Assembly: GCA_031459625.1 (NCBI GenBank)
Contig: JAVKIH010000007.1
Coordinates: forward strand, 6,173-70,172
DNA from: Candidatus Geohabitans tengchongensis
Lineage (GTDB): Bacteria; Sysuimicrobiota; Sysuimicrobiia; Sysuimicrobiales; Humicultoraceae
DNA: 64,000 bases
Reading direction: 5' to 3'
The position numbers and the translations under genes are program-made. Positions 1 to 11,348 of the stretch are shown here, piece after piece; position 1 is the first letter of the stretch, and every line of letters starts with the position of its first letter. The notes beneath the pieces are model-generated. The model saw only the letters and a program-made list of their open reading frames with translations, was not told the DNA's origin and ran no database searches.

Positions 1-419
1 ACCCCCTCCCGCCCCACTTCGCCCTGTGCCCGCGGGTGGTCGGCGTCGTAGCCCATGAGCGTGGGCATGTCGAAGGCCACCGAGAGCCCGGTCTGGCCGA
101 GCCGCAGCAGGTAGTGGAAGCGGCGGTTCGACTCCTCGGGCGTGCCGAAGCCGGCGAACTGCCGCATTGTCCACAGGCGTCCGCGGTACATCGTCGGGTG
201 GATGCCGCGGGTGAAGGGGTACTCCCCCGGGAAGCCCAGGTCGCGCAGGTAGTCGAGGTCGGCCACGTCCGCCGGCGTGTAGAGGCGCCCGACCTCCACG
301 TCCGAGATCGTGGAGAAGCGCTCCCGCCGTTCGGGACGCGCCGCCAGGGCCTCCCGCAGGGTCGTCGCCTCCCAGCGGCGACGCTCCGCCTCCAGGCGTG
401 CCAGCGCCTCCGGGTCCAT
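1..419 (-). CDS. methylmalonyl-CoA mutase family, large/N-terminal subunit (partial, runs off window start)
   Basis: Manual translation gives [31 protein letters not shown]...[23 protein letters not shown] 419 follows GGAGG; alternative in-frame ATG at 452. Not in the ORF track. Confidence 0.93.
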   Translation of the reverse strand, partial: MDPEALARLEAERRRWEATTLREALAARPERRERFSTISDVEVGRLYTPADVADLDYLRDLGFPGEYPFTRGIHPTMYRGRLWTMRQFAGFGTPEESNRRFHYLLRLGQTGLSVAFDMPTLMGYDADHPRAQGEVGREG

Positions 420-471
420 CGGTGCTACGCCTCCCTCGTCTGCCTCGCTCATGCCCCGTGCCGGGGACCCG

Positions 472-1455
472 TCACGGCCCCGCCTGCTTCCGCCGCCGCA
501 CCGCCGCGGTCAGGCGGGGGACGATCTCGAAGAGGTCCCCCACCACGCCCAGGTCGGCCACCTGGAAGATGGGCGCCTGCGGGTCCTTGTTGATGGCGAT
601 GATGTGCTTGCTGCCGGACATCCCGGCCAGGTGCTGGGGGGCGCCCGAGATCCCCACAGCCAGGTAGACCTGCGGGGCCACGGTCTTGCCGGTCTGCCCG
701 ATCTCGTAGTCGTGCGGCACCCACCCCGAGTCCACCGGCGGCCGCGACGAGCCCACCGCCCCGCCCAGCGCGCGGGCCAGCTCCTCGAGCAGGGCGAAGT
801 GCTCGGGGCCGCGCAGGCCCCGGCCGCCGGAGACGACGATGTCCGCCTCGGTGAGCGGCACCGTCTCCCGCTCCAGCGCCCGCACCTCGCGCACGCGCGC
901 CCGGCTCCCCACCTCGGGCGGGACGGGGACGCGCCGCACCTCCGCGCGCCGGTCGCGCCGGGGCGGGACGGGGAAGACCCCCGGCAGGACCACGGCGATG
1001 TGCAGCCGGCCGGGGAGCAGCCGCACCGTGCCGATGGCCTTGCGCGTGTACATCGGACGGATGGCCACGAGCGCCCCGTCCTCCCGCGCCAGCGTCTGGC
1101 AGTCGGTAACGATGGCCGCCCCGGCGCGCACGGCCAGGCGCGGCGCCAGGTCGCGTCCCTGGGCCGTCGAGCCGATGAGCAACACCTCCGGCCGCTCCTG
1201 GGCCAGGAGGGGGAGGAGGGCCGCCGTGTAGGCCTCCGCCGTGTAGGCGGCCAGCGCCGGGGCCGCGAGCACGAGCACCTCGTCGGCCCCGTAGGCGCCC
1301 AGCGCTTCGGCGTCCACGCCCCCCTCGCCGCCCACCAGCACCGCCGCCACACGCCCCTGGCCGGCCAGCTCGCGGGCCTTGCCCAGCAGCTCGTAGGTGA
1401 GGCGGCGCACGGCGCCGTCCTCGCGGGCCACCAGGACCCAGATCCCCCCGGCCAT
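472..1455 (-). CDS. etfA: electron transfer flavoprotein alpha subunit
   Basis: VVSGGRG, QIGQTGK-like ([11 protein letters not shown]), [19 protein letters not shown] motifs; start overlaps etfB stop. Confidence 0.96.
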   Translation of the reverse strand: MAGGIWVLVAREDGAVRRLTYELLGKARELAGQGRVAAVLVGGEGGVDAEALGAYGADEVLVLAAPALAAYTAEAYTAALLPLLAQERPEVLLIGSTAQGRDLAPRLAVRAGAAIVTDCQTLAREDGALVAIRPMYTRKAIGTVRLLPGRLHIAVVLPGVFPVPPRRDRRAEVRRVPVPPEVGSRARVREVRALERETVPLTEADIVVSGGRGLRGPEHFALLEELARALGGAVGSSRPPVDSGWVPHDYEIGQTGKTVAPQVYLAVGISGAPQHLAGMSGSKHIIAINKDPQAPIFQVADLGVVGDLFEIVPRLTAAVRRRKQAGP

Positions 1456-2243
1456 CACAGCACCTTCGCCGTCTCGGCCAGGTAGCGCACGATGGCCTCG
1501 ACCGCCGCGTCCGGGTCCTGGCCGTCCACCCGCTGCCCCGGCGGGCGCGCCGGCGGGGGCGCCAGGCGCTCCAGCACGGCACCCGGCGTGCCCAGCGCCT
1601 CGGGGTCGATCCCCGCCGCCTCCAGGGTGAGCACGGGGATCTCCTTGCGCTTGGCCTTCATGATGCCCGGCAGCGACGGGTAGCGCGGCTCGTTGAGGTT
1701 GCGCTCCACGGTGAGCAGCGCCGGCAGCGGCAGCTCCAGGACCTCGACGGCCCCCTCCAGCTCCCGGTGAACCAGGGCATGGGTGGCGTCCTCGGCCACC
1801 TCGAGCCGGCTCACCGCCGTGGCCTGCGGCAGGTCCAGCAGCGCCGCCAGCGCCGGTCCCACCAGGGCGGCGTTGTCGTCGGTGCTGAGCTTGCCGCAGA
1901 TCACCAGGTCGGGCCGGCGGGGGGCGATGACGGCGGCCAGCACGCGCGCTACCTGGAGGTGGTCGGCCCGGGCCAGACGCGGGTCGCTCACCAGGACGGC
2001 CTCGTCGGCGCCCATGGCCAGCCCCTGGCGCAGCGCCTCCCGCGCCCGCTCCGGCCCGACGCTGACCAGGGTCACCGTCCCCCCGAACCGCTCGCGCAGC
2101 TGCAGGGCGGCCTCGGTGGCGTGCTCGTCGTAGTAGTTCATCACCAGGTTCACTCCGGTCTCGTCGATGCCGCTGCCGTCCGGCCGGATGCGGATCGGCG
2201 CCTCGGTGTCGGGCACCTGCTTGATGCAGACGACGATCTCCAT
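1455..2243 (-). CDS. etfB: electron transfer flavoprotein beta subunit
   Basis: VCIKQVPD, LAMGADEA, NEPRYPSLPGIMKAK motifs. Confidence 0.96.
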   Translation of the reverse strand: MEIVVCIKQVPDTEAPIRIRPDGSGIDETGVNLVMNYYDEHATEAALQLRERFGGTVTLVSVGPERAREALRQGLAMGADEAVLVSDPRLARADHLQVARVLAAVIAPRRPDLVICGKLSTDDNAALVGPALAALLDLPQATAVSRLEVAEDATHALVHRELEGAVEVLELPLPALLTVERNLNEPRYPSLPGIMKAKRKEIPVLTLEAAGIDPEALGTPGAVLERLAPPPARPPGQRVDGQDPDAAVEAIVRYLAETAKVL

Positions 2244-2298
2244 CCTCGCCCTCCGCCGCGCCCCCGCCGGGGCCGCGCGCCCGCCGCCTGCGGCGGCG

Positions 2299-3444
2299 TC
2301 ACTTCGATCCTAGCACCTGGCGGCTGATCACCAGGCGCTGGATCTCGCTCGTCCCCTCGTAGATCTCGGTGATCTTGGCGTCCCGGTAGTAGCGCTCCAC
2401 CGGGTAGTCCTCGATGTAGCCGTAGCCGCCGAAGAGCCGGACCGCCCGGGCGGTGGCCCACGTGGCCGTCTCGGCGGCCACCAGCTTGGCCACCGAGGCC
2501 TCGCGCGTGTAGGGCTGCCCCTGGTCGCGCAGCCAGGCGGCGCGGTAGGTGAGGAGCCGGGCGGCGTCGATGCGGGTGGCCATGTCGGCCAGCGTCCACT
2601 GGATCGCCTGAAACTCCCCGATGGGCCGGCCGAACTGGCGGCGCTCCCGCGCGTAGGCGACGCACGCCTCCAGGGCGGCGCGGGCGATGCCCACCGCCTG
2701 GGCGGCGATGCCGGTGCGGCCGCCGTCCAGCGTGGCCAGGGCGATGCGGCCTCCCTGCCCCCGCTCCCCCAGGAGGTTCTCCGCCGGCACGCGGCAGTCG
2801 TCGAGGAGGATCTCGGCCGTGGACGAGCAGCGGATGCCGAGCTTGCGCTCGACCTTCCCCACGCTGATGCCGGGGAACGCCTTCTCGACGATGAAGGCCG
2901 AGATCCCCCGGGCGCCGGGGACGGGCTCGGTGCGGGCGTAGACGATGCAGAGGTCCGCCTCCACCCCGTTGGTGACGAAGACCTTGCGGCCGTTCAGCAC
3001 CCACTCCCCGCCGCGCCGCTCCGCCCGGGTGGTCAGCGCCATGGCGTCGGAGCCGGCCTCCGGCTCGGTCAGGCAGTAGCAGCCGAGCGACCGCCCGTCC
3101 GCCAGCCGCGGGAGGTAGCGCCGCTTCTGCTCCTCGGTCCCGAAGGCCAGGATGGGGTCGCACACCAGCGAGTTGTTCACGCTGATGATCACCTGGACCC
3201 CGGCGGAGGCGCGGGCCAGCTCCTCCTGGGCGATGACGTAGGCCAGCGCGTCCATGCCGGCCCCGCCGTACTGCTCCGGGACCATCATGGCCATGAGGCC
3301 GAGCCGGGCGGCCTGCTGGATGATCTCCGCCGGGTAGCGGTGCTCCCGGTCCAGGGCCGCGGCCTGGGGCTCGATCTCCCGTGCCGCGAACTCCCGGACG
3401 GTGGCCTGGAGCAGGCGGTGCTCCTCGCTGAGGGCGAACTCCAT
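2299..3444 (-). CDS. acyl-CoA dehydrogenase (short/branched-chain type)
   Basis: CLTEPEAGSD, R-QFGRPI, GGYGY, IYEGTSEIQR. Confidence 0.95.
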   Translation of the reverse strand: MEFALSEEHRLLQATVREFAAREIEPQAAALDREHRYPAEIIQQAARLGLMAMMVPEQYGGAGMDALAYVIAQEELARASAGVQVIISVNNSLVCDPILAFGTEEQKRRYLPRLADGRSLGCYCLTEPEAGSDAMALTTRAERRGGEWVLNGRKVFVTNGVEADLCIVYARTEPVPGARGISAFIVEKAFPGISVGKVERKLGIRCSSTAEILLDDCRVPAENLLGERGQGGRIALATLDGGRTGIAAQAVGIARAALEACVAYARERRQFGRPIGEFQAIQWTLADMATRIDAARLLTYRAAWLRDQGQPYTREASVAKLVAAETATWATARAVRLFGGYGYIEDYPVERYYRDAKITEIYEGTSEIQRLVISRQVLGSK

Positions 3445-3584
3445 GCGGCCTTCATCTGGTTCGTGCCCCGCGCACGCCTCCCCTGCTCGCGCCCCTGGCG
3501 CGGCGGCCCGCCCGGTGCGCGCGGTCTGGAGGGGTGCGGCGGGGGCGTCGAGAACTCTTGGGGGGTTCCGACCGGAGGACTCCC

Positions 3585-4724
3585 GTGGACAACCTCGTGG
3601 CCATCGCCGGCATCGGGCTCACGCCGCTCCGCCCTGTCTCCCCCGACCTCTCCTTCCGGGAGCTGGTCTTCGAGGCGGCTACCCGCGCCTACGCCGACGC
3701 CGGGGTGGATCCGCGCGACGTGGACGGCGTGGTCACCGTGGCGGAGGACCTGCACGAGGGGACCTCCATCACCGACGAGTACACCCCCGACCAGCTGGGG
3801 GCGGTGCTCAAGCCGGTGCAGACGGTCGCCGGGGACGGGCTGCAGGGGCTGGCCGCGGCCTGCCTGCTCATCCGCTCCGGGGCCGCTGACGTCGTCGTGG
3901 TCGAAGCGCACAGCAAGGCCAGCAACGTGCTGGAGCACGAGGAGGTGCTGGCCATGGCGCTCGACCCCACCTACGAGCGCCCCTGGGGCCTCGACCCCCA
4001 CGCCGTGGCCGCGCTGGAGATGCGCCGCTACCTGCACGAGGCGGGCGTGCCGGAGCGCGCCGTGGCCGAGGTGGTGGTGGCCAACCGCCGCCGGGCGCTG
4101 CGCAACCCCTTCGCCGCCTATGGGGCCGACCTCACGGTGGAGCAGGTGCTGACGGACACCGTGGTGGCCGATCCCCTGCGGGCGGCCATGGTGAGCCAGA
4201 CCGCCGACGGGGCCGTCGTCCTGGTGCTGGCCGCCCCGGAGACGGCGCGGGCGCTGCGGGGCCGTCCGGTGATGGTGCGCGGCATCGGCTGGGCCTCCGA
4301 CGAGCCCTCCCTCAGCGGCCGCCCCTGGGCGGAGGCGACCTACGCGCACCTGGCGGCGGCCATGGCCTACCGCGACGCCGGCCTCCGGGCGCCCGGGCGC
4401 GAGGTCGACCTCTTCGAGGTCGACGACACCTACGCCCACAAGCAGCTCCAGCACCTGGAGGCGGCGCTCGGCCTGCCGCCCGGCGGCGCGCTGCGGGAGG
4501 GCGCGGCGCTGGCCGCGGCGGACCGGGTGAACGCCTCCGGAGGGCACCTGGGGATGGGGTACGGGTACGACGCTTCGGCGCTCGTGCGCGTGGCCGTGAC
4601 CGCCCTGCAGGTGCGCGGCGAGGCCGGGCCGATGCAGGTACCCGGCGTGCGGACCGCCGTCGTCCTCTCCTGGCGCGGCGTCCCCACGACGACCGGCGGT
4701 GCCGTGGTGCTGGGCGCGGCGTGA
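3585..4724 (+). CDS. thiolase-fold protein (archaeal-type/SCP-x-like, no obvious catalytic Cys), subunit 1
   Basis: VAIAGIG, SFRELVFEAATRAYADAG, TVAGDGLQG, EAHSK, DGAVVLVL, VNASGG; GTG after GGAGG. Confidence 0.85.
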   Translation: MDNLVAIAGIGLTPLRPVSPDLSFRELVFEAATRAYADAGVDPRDVDGVVTVAEDLHEGTSITDEYTPDQLGAVLKPVQTVAGDGLQGLAAACLLIRSGAADVVVVEAHSKASNVLEHEEVLAMALDPTYERPWGLDPHAVAALEMRRYLHEAGVPERAVAEVVVANRRRALRNPFAAYGADLTVEQVLTDTVVADPLRAAMVSQTADGAVVLVLAAPETARALRGRPVMVRGIGWASDEPSLSGRPWAEATYAHLAAAMAYRDAGLRAPGREVDLFEVDDTYAHKQLQHLEAALGLPPGGALREGAALAAADRVNASGGHLGMGYGYDASALVRVAVTALQVRGEAGPMQVPGVRTAVVLSWRGVPTTTGGAVVLGAA

Positions 4725-4740
4725 TGGTGAGGGCCTCGTG

Positions 4741-5913
4741 ATGCGGCGACGCGGCTCGCGCCGGGTGGCGGTGATCGGGGCGGGGCTGTCCCGCTTCGTC
4801 CGCCGCGCCCTGGAGACCGGGAAGGAGCTCAGCTACTACGCCGCCGGCCAGGCGCTGGAGAGCGCGGGGGTGCGCCGCCGTGACGTGGAGGCGGTGGTCA
4901 TGGCCTCCGCCCCGGACGCCTTCGACGGGCAGCACATGAAGGGCGAGTACCTGCTGGACGGCGCCGGCGCGTACCGCAAGCCCTACTTCCGCGTCTACGT
5001 GGGGGGCGGGTCGGGGGTCTTCAGCATCATCTCCGGGTGGACGCTGGTGGCCTCGGGGATGTTCGACCTGGTGCTGGTGGTGGCCGAGGAGAAGATGAGC
5101 CCCACCCAGCCCCACCCCCAGGCCGCCTTCATCACCATCTTCGACCACACCATCGAGCGGCCGCTGGGGCCCAACCTGCTGTGGATCTTCGCCCTCGAGC
5201 AGACGCGCTACATGCAGACCTATGGGATCCGCAACGAGGAGATCGCCCTCGTCTCCGTCAAGAACAAGCGCAACGCCCTGGGCCACCCGGCCTCGCAGGT
5301 GGCCGAGGCGGTGACGGTGGAGCAGGTGCTGGCCTCGGAGGTCGTGGCCTGGCCGGTGCACCGCCTGATGGTCAGCCCGGTCTCCGACGGGGCGGCGGCC
5401 ATCGTGCTGGCCAGCGAGCGGGTGGCCCGGCGCCTGAGCCCCCGCCCCGTCTGGGTGGAGGGGATCGGCTGGTCGCTCGACACCTCCTACTGGGGGAACC
5501 GGGACCTGGCCTACCCGCGCTACGTCGAGCAGGCCGCGCGCATGGCCTACGCCATGGCCGGCATCACCGACCCGCGGCGCGAGATCCACGTCGTCGAGCC
5601 CTACGACCCCTTCGCCTACAAGGAGCTGCACCACCTGGAGGGGCTGCTGCTGGCCGACCGCGGCAAGGCGGCCGAGGACCTGGTCCGCGGCCGGTTCGAC
5701 CGGGAGGGGGCGCTGCCCAGCTCGCCGTCCGGCGGGCTGCTGGGGGTGGGGAACCCGATCGCCGCCGCCGGGCTCATGAAGGTCTGCGAGATCTTCTGGC
5801 AGCTGCGCGGGGAGGCGGGCCCGCGCCAGGTGCCCAACGCCCCCAGGCGCGGTCTGGCGCAGGCCTGGGGGGACCTGATGCAGATCGGCACCGTGGTCGT
5901 CCTGGGCGTCTAG
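4741..5913 (+). CDS. thiolase-fold protein (archaeal-type/SCP-x-like, no obvious catalytic Cys), subunit 2
   Basis: VAVIGAG, SAPDAFDGQHMKGEYL, AEEKMS, PVSDGAAA, EPYDPF, SPSGGLLGVGNPIAAAG. Confidence 0.88.
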   Translation: MRRRGSRRVAVIGAGLSRFVRRALETGKELSYYAAGQALESAGVRRRDVEAVVMASAPDAFDGQHMKGEYLLDGAGAYRKPYFRVYVGGGSGVFSIISGWTLVASGMFDLVLVVAEEKMSPTQPHPQAAFITIFDHTIERPLGPNLLWIFALEQTRYMQTYGIRNEEIALVSVKNKRNALGHPASQVAEAVTVEQVLASEVVAWPVHRLMVSPVSDGAAAIVLASERVARRLSPRPVWVEGIGWSLDTSYWGNRDLAYPRYVEQAARMAYAMAGITDPRREIHVVEPYDPFAYKELHHLEGLLLADRGKAAEDLVRGRFDREGALPSSPSGGLLGVGNPIAAAGLMKVCEIFWQLRGEAGPRQVPNAPRRGLAQAWGDLMQIGTVVVLGV

Positions 5914-5978
5914 CCCCCGGGGCGCTCGACCCGCCAGGCCCGGGGGCGGATCGGTGCCGGTGCGGACGAGGTGAGGTA

Positions 5979-6644
5979 ATGGCACGGTCACGACCCACAG
6001 CGCACCGCGCCCGGAGGGCGGCCGGGCGGGCCACGGCTCCCGCGCGCCCGGCGGCCCCGCGGGAACGCGCACCCGAGGCGCGGGAGCTCCCCGACGCGGC
6101 GTTGAAAGGCGGCGTCCCCGCCGAAGCCCGCGGCCTGCGCGGGACGCCGCTGTCCGAAGCGCAGGTGCAGGAGGGGCGGGTCAGCCTAGAGCACTGGGAC
6201 CCGCGCCTGCTCTACCGCTGGGACGCCGGTGTGGCGGTCAGCCGCTTCCTGGAGGGGCTGCGCGAGGGGCGCATCCTGGGCGTGCGATGCGACCGGTGCC
6301 GGCGCACCGTCACCCCGCCGCGGGCGTTCTGCGAGTGGTGCTTCCGCCCGATGGACGCCTGGGTGGAGCTGCCGGACACCGGCACGGTGAACACCTTCTC
6401 CATCTGCACCATCACCTGGGACCTCCGGCGGCTCGAGGTCCCGCAGGTCCCGGCGGTCATCGAGATCGACGGCACGCAGCCGCGGGTGGGGTTCCTCCAC
6501 CTGCTCGGGGACCTGGGCAGTACCACGGTGGAGGGGATCCTGCAGCGGGTGCGGGTGGGGGCGCGGGTGCGCGCGGTGTGGCGGCCGGCGGAGGAGCGCA
6601 CCGGCGCCATCACCGACATCCGGCACTTCGCGCTGGTGGAGTAG
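5979..6644 (+). CDS. DUF35-type Zn-ribbon/OB-fold protein 1
   Basis: CxxC (CDRC)...PPRAFCxxC, GTVNTFS, GAITDI; ATG after GAGGT. Confidence 0.88.
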   Translation: MARSRPTAHRARRAAGRATAPARPAAPRERAPEARELPDAALKGGVPAEARGLRGTPLSEAQVQEGRVSLEHWDPRLLYRWDAGVAVSRFLEGLREGRILGVRCDRCRRTVTPPRAFCEWCFRPMDAWVELPDTGTVNTFSICTITWDLRRLEVPQVPAVIEIDGTQPRVGFLHLLGDLGSTTVEGILQRVRVGARVRAVWRPAEERTGAITDIRHFALVE

Positions 6645-6691
6645 CGCCGCCCCGCAGCGGGGCGGCGCAGCGGGCGGGAGGGACGCGGACC

Positions 6692-7159
6692 ATGGGGCTG
6701 AAGACCAAGCTCACCTCCGGGGAGGCGCTGCGGGCCTGGAGCGGGGCGATCCCCGTGGCCTTTCGCTACACCGCCGGCGTGGCCGGCGAGCGCTTCTTCG
6801 ACGTGCTGCGCCGCCGCGGGCGCCTGAGCGTCACCCGCTGCCCCGAGTGCGGCACGACCTACCTCCCCCCGCGCCTGTACTGCCGCCAGTGCTTCGTCGA
6901 CCTCTCGAGGTACTGGGACGAGGTGCCTCCGCGCGGCACCGTGCACACCTTCACCGTGGTCCGGCGCGACCGCCGGGGGCGGAGGCTCCCGCAGCCGCAG
7001 GTGTTCGGGGTCGTGGCCATCGACGGGACCGACGGCTCGCTGCTGGTCCCGCTGGCCGGTCCGCCCGAGGCGGTGCGCATCGGGCAGAGGGTAGAGGCGG
7101 TCCTGCGCCCGACCCGCGAGCGCCGCGGCACCATCCGGGACATCCTCTACTTCCGGTGA
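6692..7159 (+). CDS. DUF35-type Zn-ribbon/OB-fold protein 2
   Basis: CPEC...PPRLYCRQC, GTVHTFT, GTIRDILYF; ATG after GGAGG. Confidence 0.88.
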   Translation: MGLKTKLTSGEALRAWSGAIPVAFRYTAGVAGERFFDVLRRRGRLSVTRCPECGTTYLPPRLYCRQCFVDLSRYWDEVPPRGTVHTFTVVRRDRRGRRLPQPQVFGVVAIDGTDGSLLVPLAGPPEAVRIGQRVEAVLRPTRERRGTIRDILYFR

Positions 7160-7228
7160 CGCCCGCCGCGGCCGCGCCTCTGCGCAGGGGGTGACGCCGG
7201 CGACCGGGGCCTCGACCTCTCACCGCCG

Positions 7229-8056
7229 GTGACCCCGCCGGCCGGCGCGGCCCTGGCCGCCGCAGCGCTGGGTGTCGCCGGCGCCGTCGGCGTCTGGGCC
7301 CGGTACCGTCGCTTCCGCGCCGACGTCCTGGCCCGGCTGCGCACCACCCACCCGGACGTCCGCGTGGTGCGTGCCGTCCCCGGTGGCCTGGTGCTCGACC
7401 TCGCCGGCGTGCGAGTGCGCCTCGACCTGATCTCGCTCTTCCGGCTGACCCGCGGGCGCGGCGCGGAGGCGGCGGTCGATGACACGGTGGACCGCGTCCG
7501 CGCCACGCTCCCTCCGCCGCGGCCCGCCCCCCTCGCCCTGGTGCGCGATCGCCTCCTGCCGCTGCTCAAGCCGGCCGCCGTGGCGGAGACGCTGCGCCGC
7601 TACCCGCCGGCGTACCATCCGGTGACGCGGCCCTTCCCCGCGGGGCTGGTCGTCCTGTACGTGGTGGAGAGCCTCCATCAGGTCACCTACGTCACGGCCG
7701 CCATGACCGAAGCCTGGGGGATGGGCGCCGACGACCTGCACACCCTGGCCCTGGAGAACCTGCGCCGCCGCACCCGGCACGTCCTCGAGGAGATCGGCGG
7801 CCCACAGCGGACGTACGACCACCTCGACGGGTTCGACGCCGCGCGCCTCCTGGTCCCGGACCTGATCGTCCCCGCGGAGATCGCCCGGCCGGTGATGGCC
7901 ATCCCCGACGAGCACTGCCTCCTGGTGGGCGACGACAGCGAGCGCGACGCGCTGCGTGAGCGCGTTGCGGCGGCCTACGCCGGGGCCGATGCCCCGCTCA
8001 CCCCCGTCCTCTTCCGCCCCGGGGACGCGCCGGATCGGCCGGTCGTGGTATCTTAG
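7229..8056 (+). CDS. membrane-anchored hypothetical protein, DUF1444-like
   Basis: N-terminal hydrophobic helix; DDLHTLALENL, DGFDAARLL and AIPD motifs resemble DUF1444/YtpQ. Confidence 0.55.
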   Translation: MTPPAGAALAAAALGVAGAVGVWARYRRFRADVLARLRTTHPDVRVVRAVPGGLVLDLAGVRVRLDLISLFRLTRGRGAEAAVDDTVDRVRATLPPPRPAPLALVRDRLLPLLKPAAVAETLRRYPPAYHPVTRPFPAGLVVLYVVESLHQVTYVTAAMTEAWGMGADDLHTLALENLRRRTRHVLEEIGGPQRTYDHLDGFDAARLLVPDLIVPAEIARPVMAIPDEHCLLVGDDSERDALRERVAAAYAGADAPLTPVLFRPGDAPDRPVVVS

Positions 8057-8169
8057 GAACAGTGCCAAATCCGGCTTCCAGGGCGCTCTGAGCGCCCTCC
8101 GGCCACCATCCGAACGCCATGGCACGGTCAGCAGCCCGGGGGGGCTGACGTCGCTACGGGAGGTGGAGG
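8046..8169 (+). promoter_or_regulatory. extended -10 promoter (TGGTATCTT) and structured 5' leader
   Basis: TGnTAnnnT at 8046-8054; inverted repeats 8062-67/8120-25, 8080-88/8090-98 and 8127-32/8144-49; strong RBS. Confidence 0.45.
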
Positions 8170-8424
8170 ATGAACGACGCGTGGGGACAGATCATCGGAC
8201 TCAACGAACTGATGACCAAGGCCGGCCTCGATCCCCGTAACGAGAGCGATGTGGCGCGCACGCTGAACTGGCTTCGCAACCACAACGTGCCCTACGCGCT
8301 CATCGGGCGCGGCGGCGAGGGGCGGCAGCGCGGGATCCTGGTCGTGGCCGAGGACGTGGCCAACGCCATCCGCGGCGGCCGGCGGCGCCGGACCCGCGCC
8401 GGCGGCGAGGCGGCGATGCCCTGA
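8170..8424 (+). CDS. small hypothetical protein (84 aa)
   Basis: ATG preceded by GGGAGGTGGAGG; globular-looking composition unlike shadow ORFs. Confidence 0.75.
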   Translation: MNDAWGQIIGLNELMTKAGLDPRNESDVARTLNWLRNHNVPYALIGRGGEGRQRGILVVAEDVANAIRGGRRRRTRAGGEAAMP

Positions 8425-8463
8425 CCGGCCTGCCCACCGGCACGCACCCCTGGGCCGACCGGT

Positions 8464-9336
8464 TCATCCTGTCCCGCCGGGTGGCGGCTCGTACTCGTAG
8501 AACCCCCGTCCGGTCTTCCGCCCCAGGTAGCCGGCCAGGACCATCCGCCTGAGCAGCGGCGGCGGCGCGTAGCGGGGGTCCCTGAACTCCTCGTACATGG
8601 CCTGGGCGATGTAGTAGGTGGTGTCCAGCCCGACGAAGTCCAGCAGGGTGAGCGGGCCCATGGGGTGGTTGAGGCCCAGGGTGACCGCGGTGTCGATGTC
8701 CTCACGCGAGGCCACCCCCAGCTCCAGCGCCCGCACCGCGTCCAGCAGGTAGGGCACCAGCAGCCGGTTGACGATGAAGCCGGGGGAGTCCTTCACCACC
8801 ACCACCCGCTTGCCCAGGGTGGCCGCGAAGGCCTTCGCCGCCTCCACCGTCGCCTCGGCGGTGCGCAGGCCGCGCACGACCTCCACCAGCGGCATCACCG
8901 GCACCGGGTTGAAGAAGTGCATCCCCACCACCCGCTCCGGGCGCCCGGTGGCCGCCGCCATCTCGGTGATGGAGAGCGAGGAGGTGTTGGAGGCGAACCA
9001 GGTGTGCGGCGGGCAGAGGCGGTCGAGCTCGCCGAAGACCGCCTTCTTCTCGGCCATCAGCTCGACCACCGCCTCGATGACGAGGTCGCACTCCCGCAGG
9101 TCGGCCAGGTCCACCGTGCCGCGGATGCGTTCCCGGGCGGCCCGGGCGGCGGCCTGGTCGAGCTTGCCGCGTTCCACCGCCCGGCCCAGCGAGGCGTCGA
9201 TGCGCGCCAGCCCTCGCGCCAGCAGGTCCGCGGAGACCTCGCGCACCACCACCCGGTACCCCGCCCGGGCGCACGTCTCGGCGATCCCCGAGCCCATCAG
9301 GCCGCACCCCACCACCCCGACACGTTCGATCGCCAC
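8464..9336 (-). CDS. hbd: 3-hydroxybutyryl-CoA dehydrogenase
   Basis: GCGLMGSG Rossmann motif, SNTSSLS, GMHFFNP, PGFIVNR, HPMGP, GRKTGRGFY. Confidence 0.95.
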   Translation of the reverse strand: MAIERVGVVGCGLMGSGIAETCARAGYRVVVREVSADLLARGLARIDASLGRAVERGKLDQAAARAARERIRGTVDLADLRECDLVIEAVVELMAEKKAVFGELDRLCPPHTWFASNTSSLSITEMAAATGRPERVVGMHFFNPVPVMPLVEVVRGLRTAEATVEAAKAFAATLGKRVVVVKDSPGFIVNRLLVPYLLDAVRALELGVASREDIDTAVTLGLNHPMGPLTLLDFVGLDTTYYIAQAMYEEFRDPRYAPPPLLRRMVLAGYLGRKTGRGFYEYEPPPGGTG

Positions 9337-9424
9337 GCCGGCCTCCTGTCTCCTCGTCTTTGCACCCGGCCGCGCGATCAGCGCACGATCAGCACGGAGC
9401 AGGGCGCCGTCCGCTGCCTGCGCC

Positions 9425-9970
9425 TTACTTCTCTCCCGGCTCGGCTTTCCCCCGCTGCGACGCCTCCGCGACCACCTCGACGGTGGCCGAGGTGACGTCG
9501 TCTTCGCCCAGCACGTAGACCTGGTCGAACCCCTCCTGGGGGATGGTCATCAGCGCCCGCTGCAGCGCCTCCCACTGCCGGCGGATCACCGCCCGCCCCA
9601 CCCGGCGCTCCCGCCGGGTGTCCAGGGCATACGCCCGCTCCTCGCTGACGTCGAAGACCACCAGCACCGCCGGCACCTGGTGGCGGCGGGCCAGGCGCAG
9701 GAGGTCGCGGCGGGCCTCCGCACGCAGCGCGGTGCTGTCCGCCACCGTCAGCCGGCAGTGGCGCAACCGCAGGTCGATGATGAAGTGGAAGAGCTCGAAG
9801 GCCTCGCGCGAGACCGAGATGTCCGCCTCGTCGTCGGCGATCATGGCCCGGCAGGCGTCGGAGGAGACGATCTGGGTGGGGCGGAAGTGGCGGCGGGCGA
9901 AGGTGGACTTGCCGCTGCCCGCCGGGCCGCACAGCACCACCAGCGACGGGTCGGGGATGAGGAGCTTCAC
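9425..9970 (-). CDS. stand-alone polynucleotide-kinase-like P-loop kinase (AAA_33)
   Basis: LVVLCGPAGSGKSTFARRHF..VSSD, LTVADST; resembles the kinase domain of bacterial Pnkp. Confidence 0.85.
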   Translation of the reverse strand: MKLLIPDPSLVVLCGPAGSGKSTFARRHFRPTQIVSSDACRAMIADDEADISVSREAFELFHFIIDLRLRHCRLTVADSTALRAEARRDLLRLARRHQVPAVLVVFDVSEERAYALDTRRERRVGRAVIRRQWEALQRALMTIPQEGFDQVYVLGEDDVTSATVEVVAEASQRGKAEPGEK

Positions 9971-10025
9971 GACCGGCGCCGCGGCCGGGGACGGCCGGTC
10001 CGGAACCGCGGCGGGGGGCAGGGCC

Positions 10026-11345
<1,320 letters not shown>

Positions 11346-11348
11346 CCC

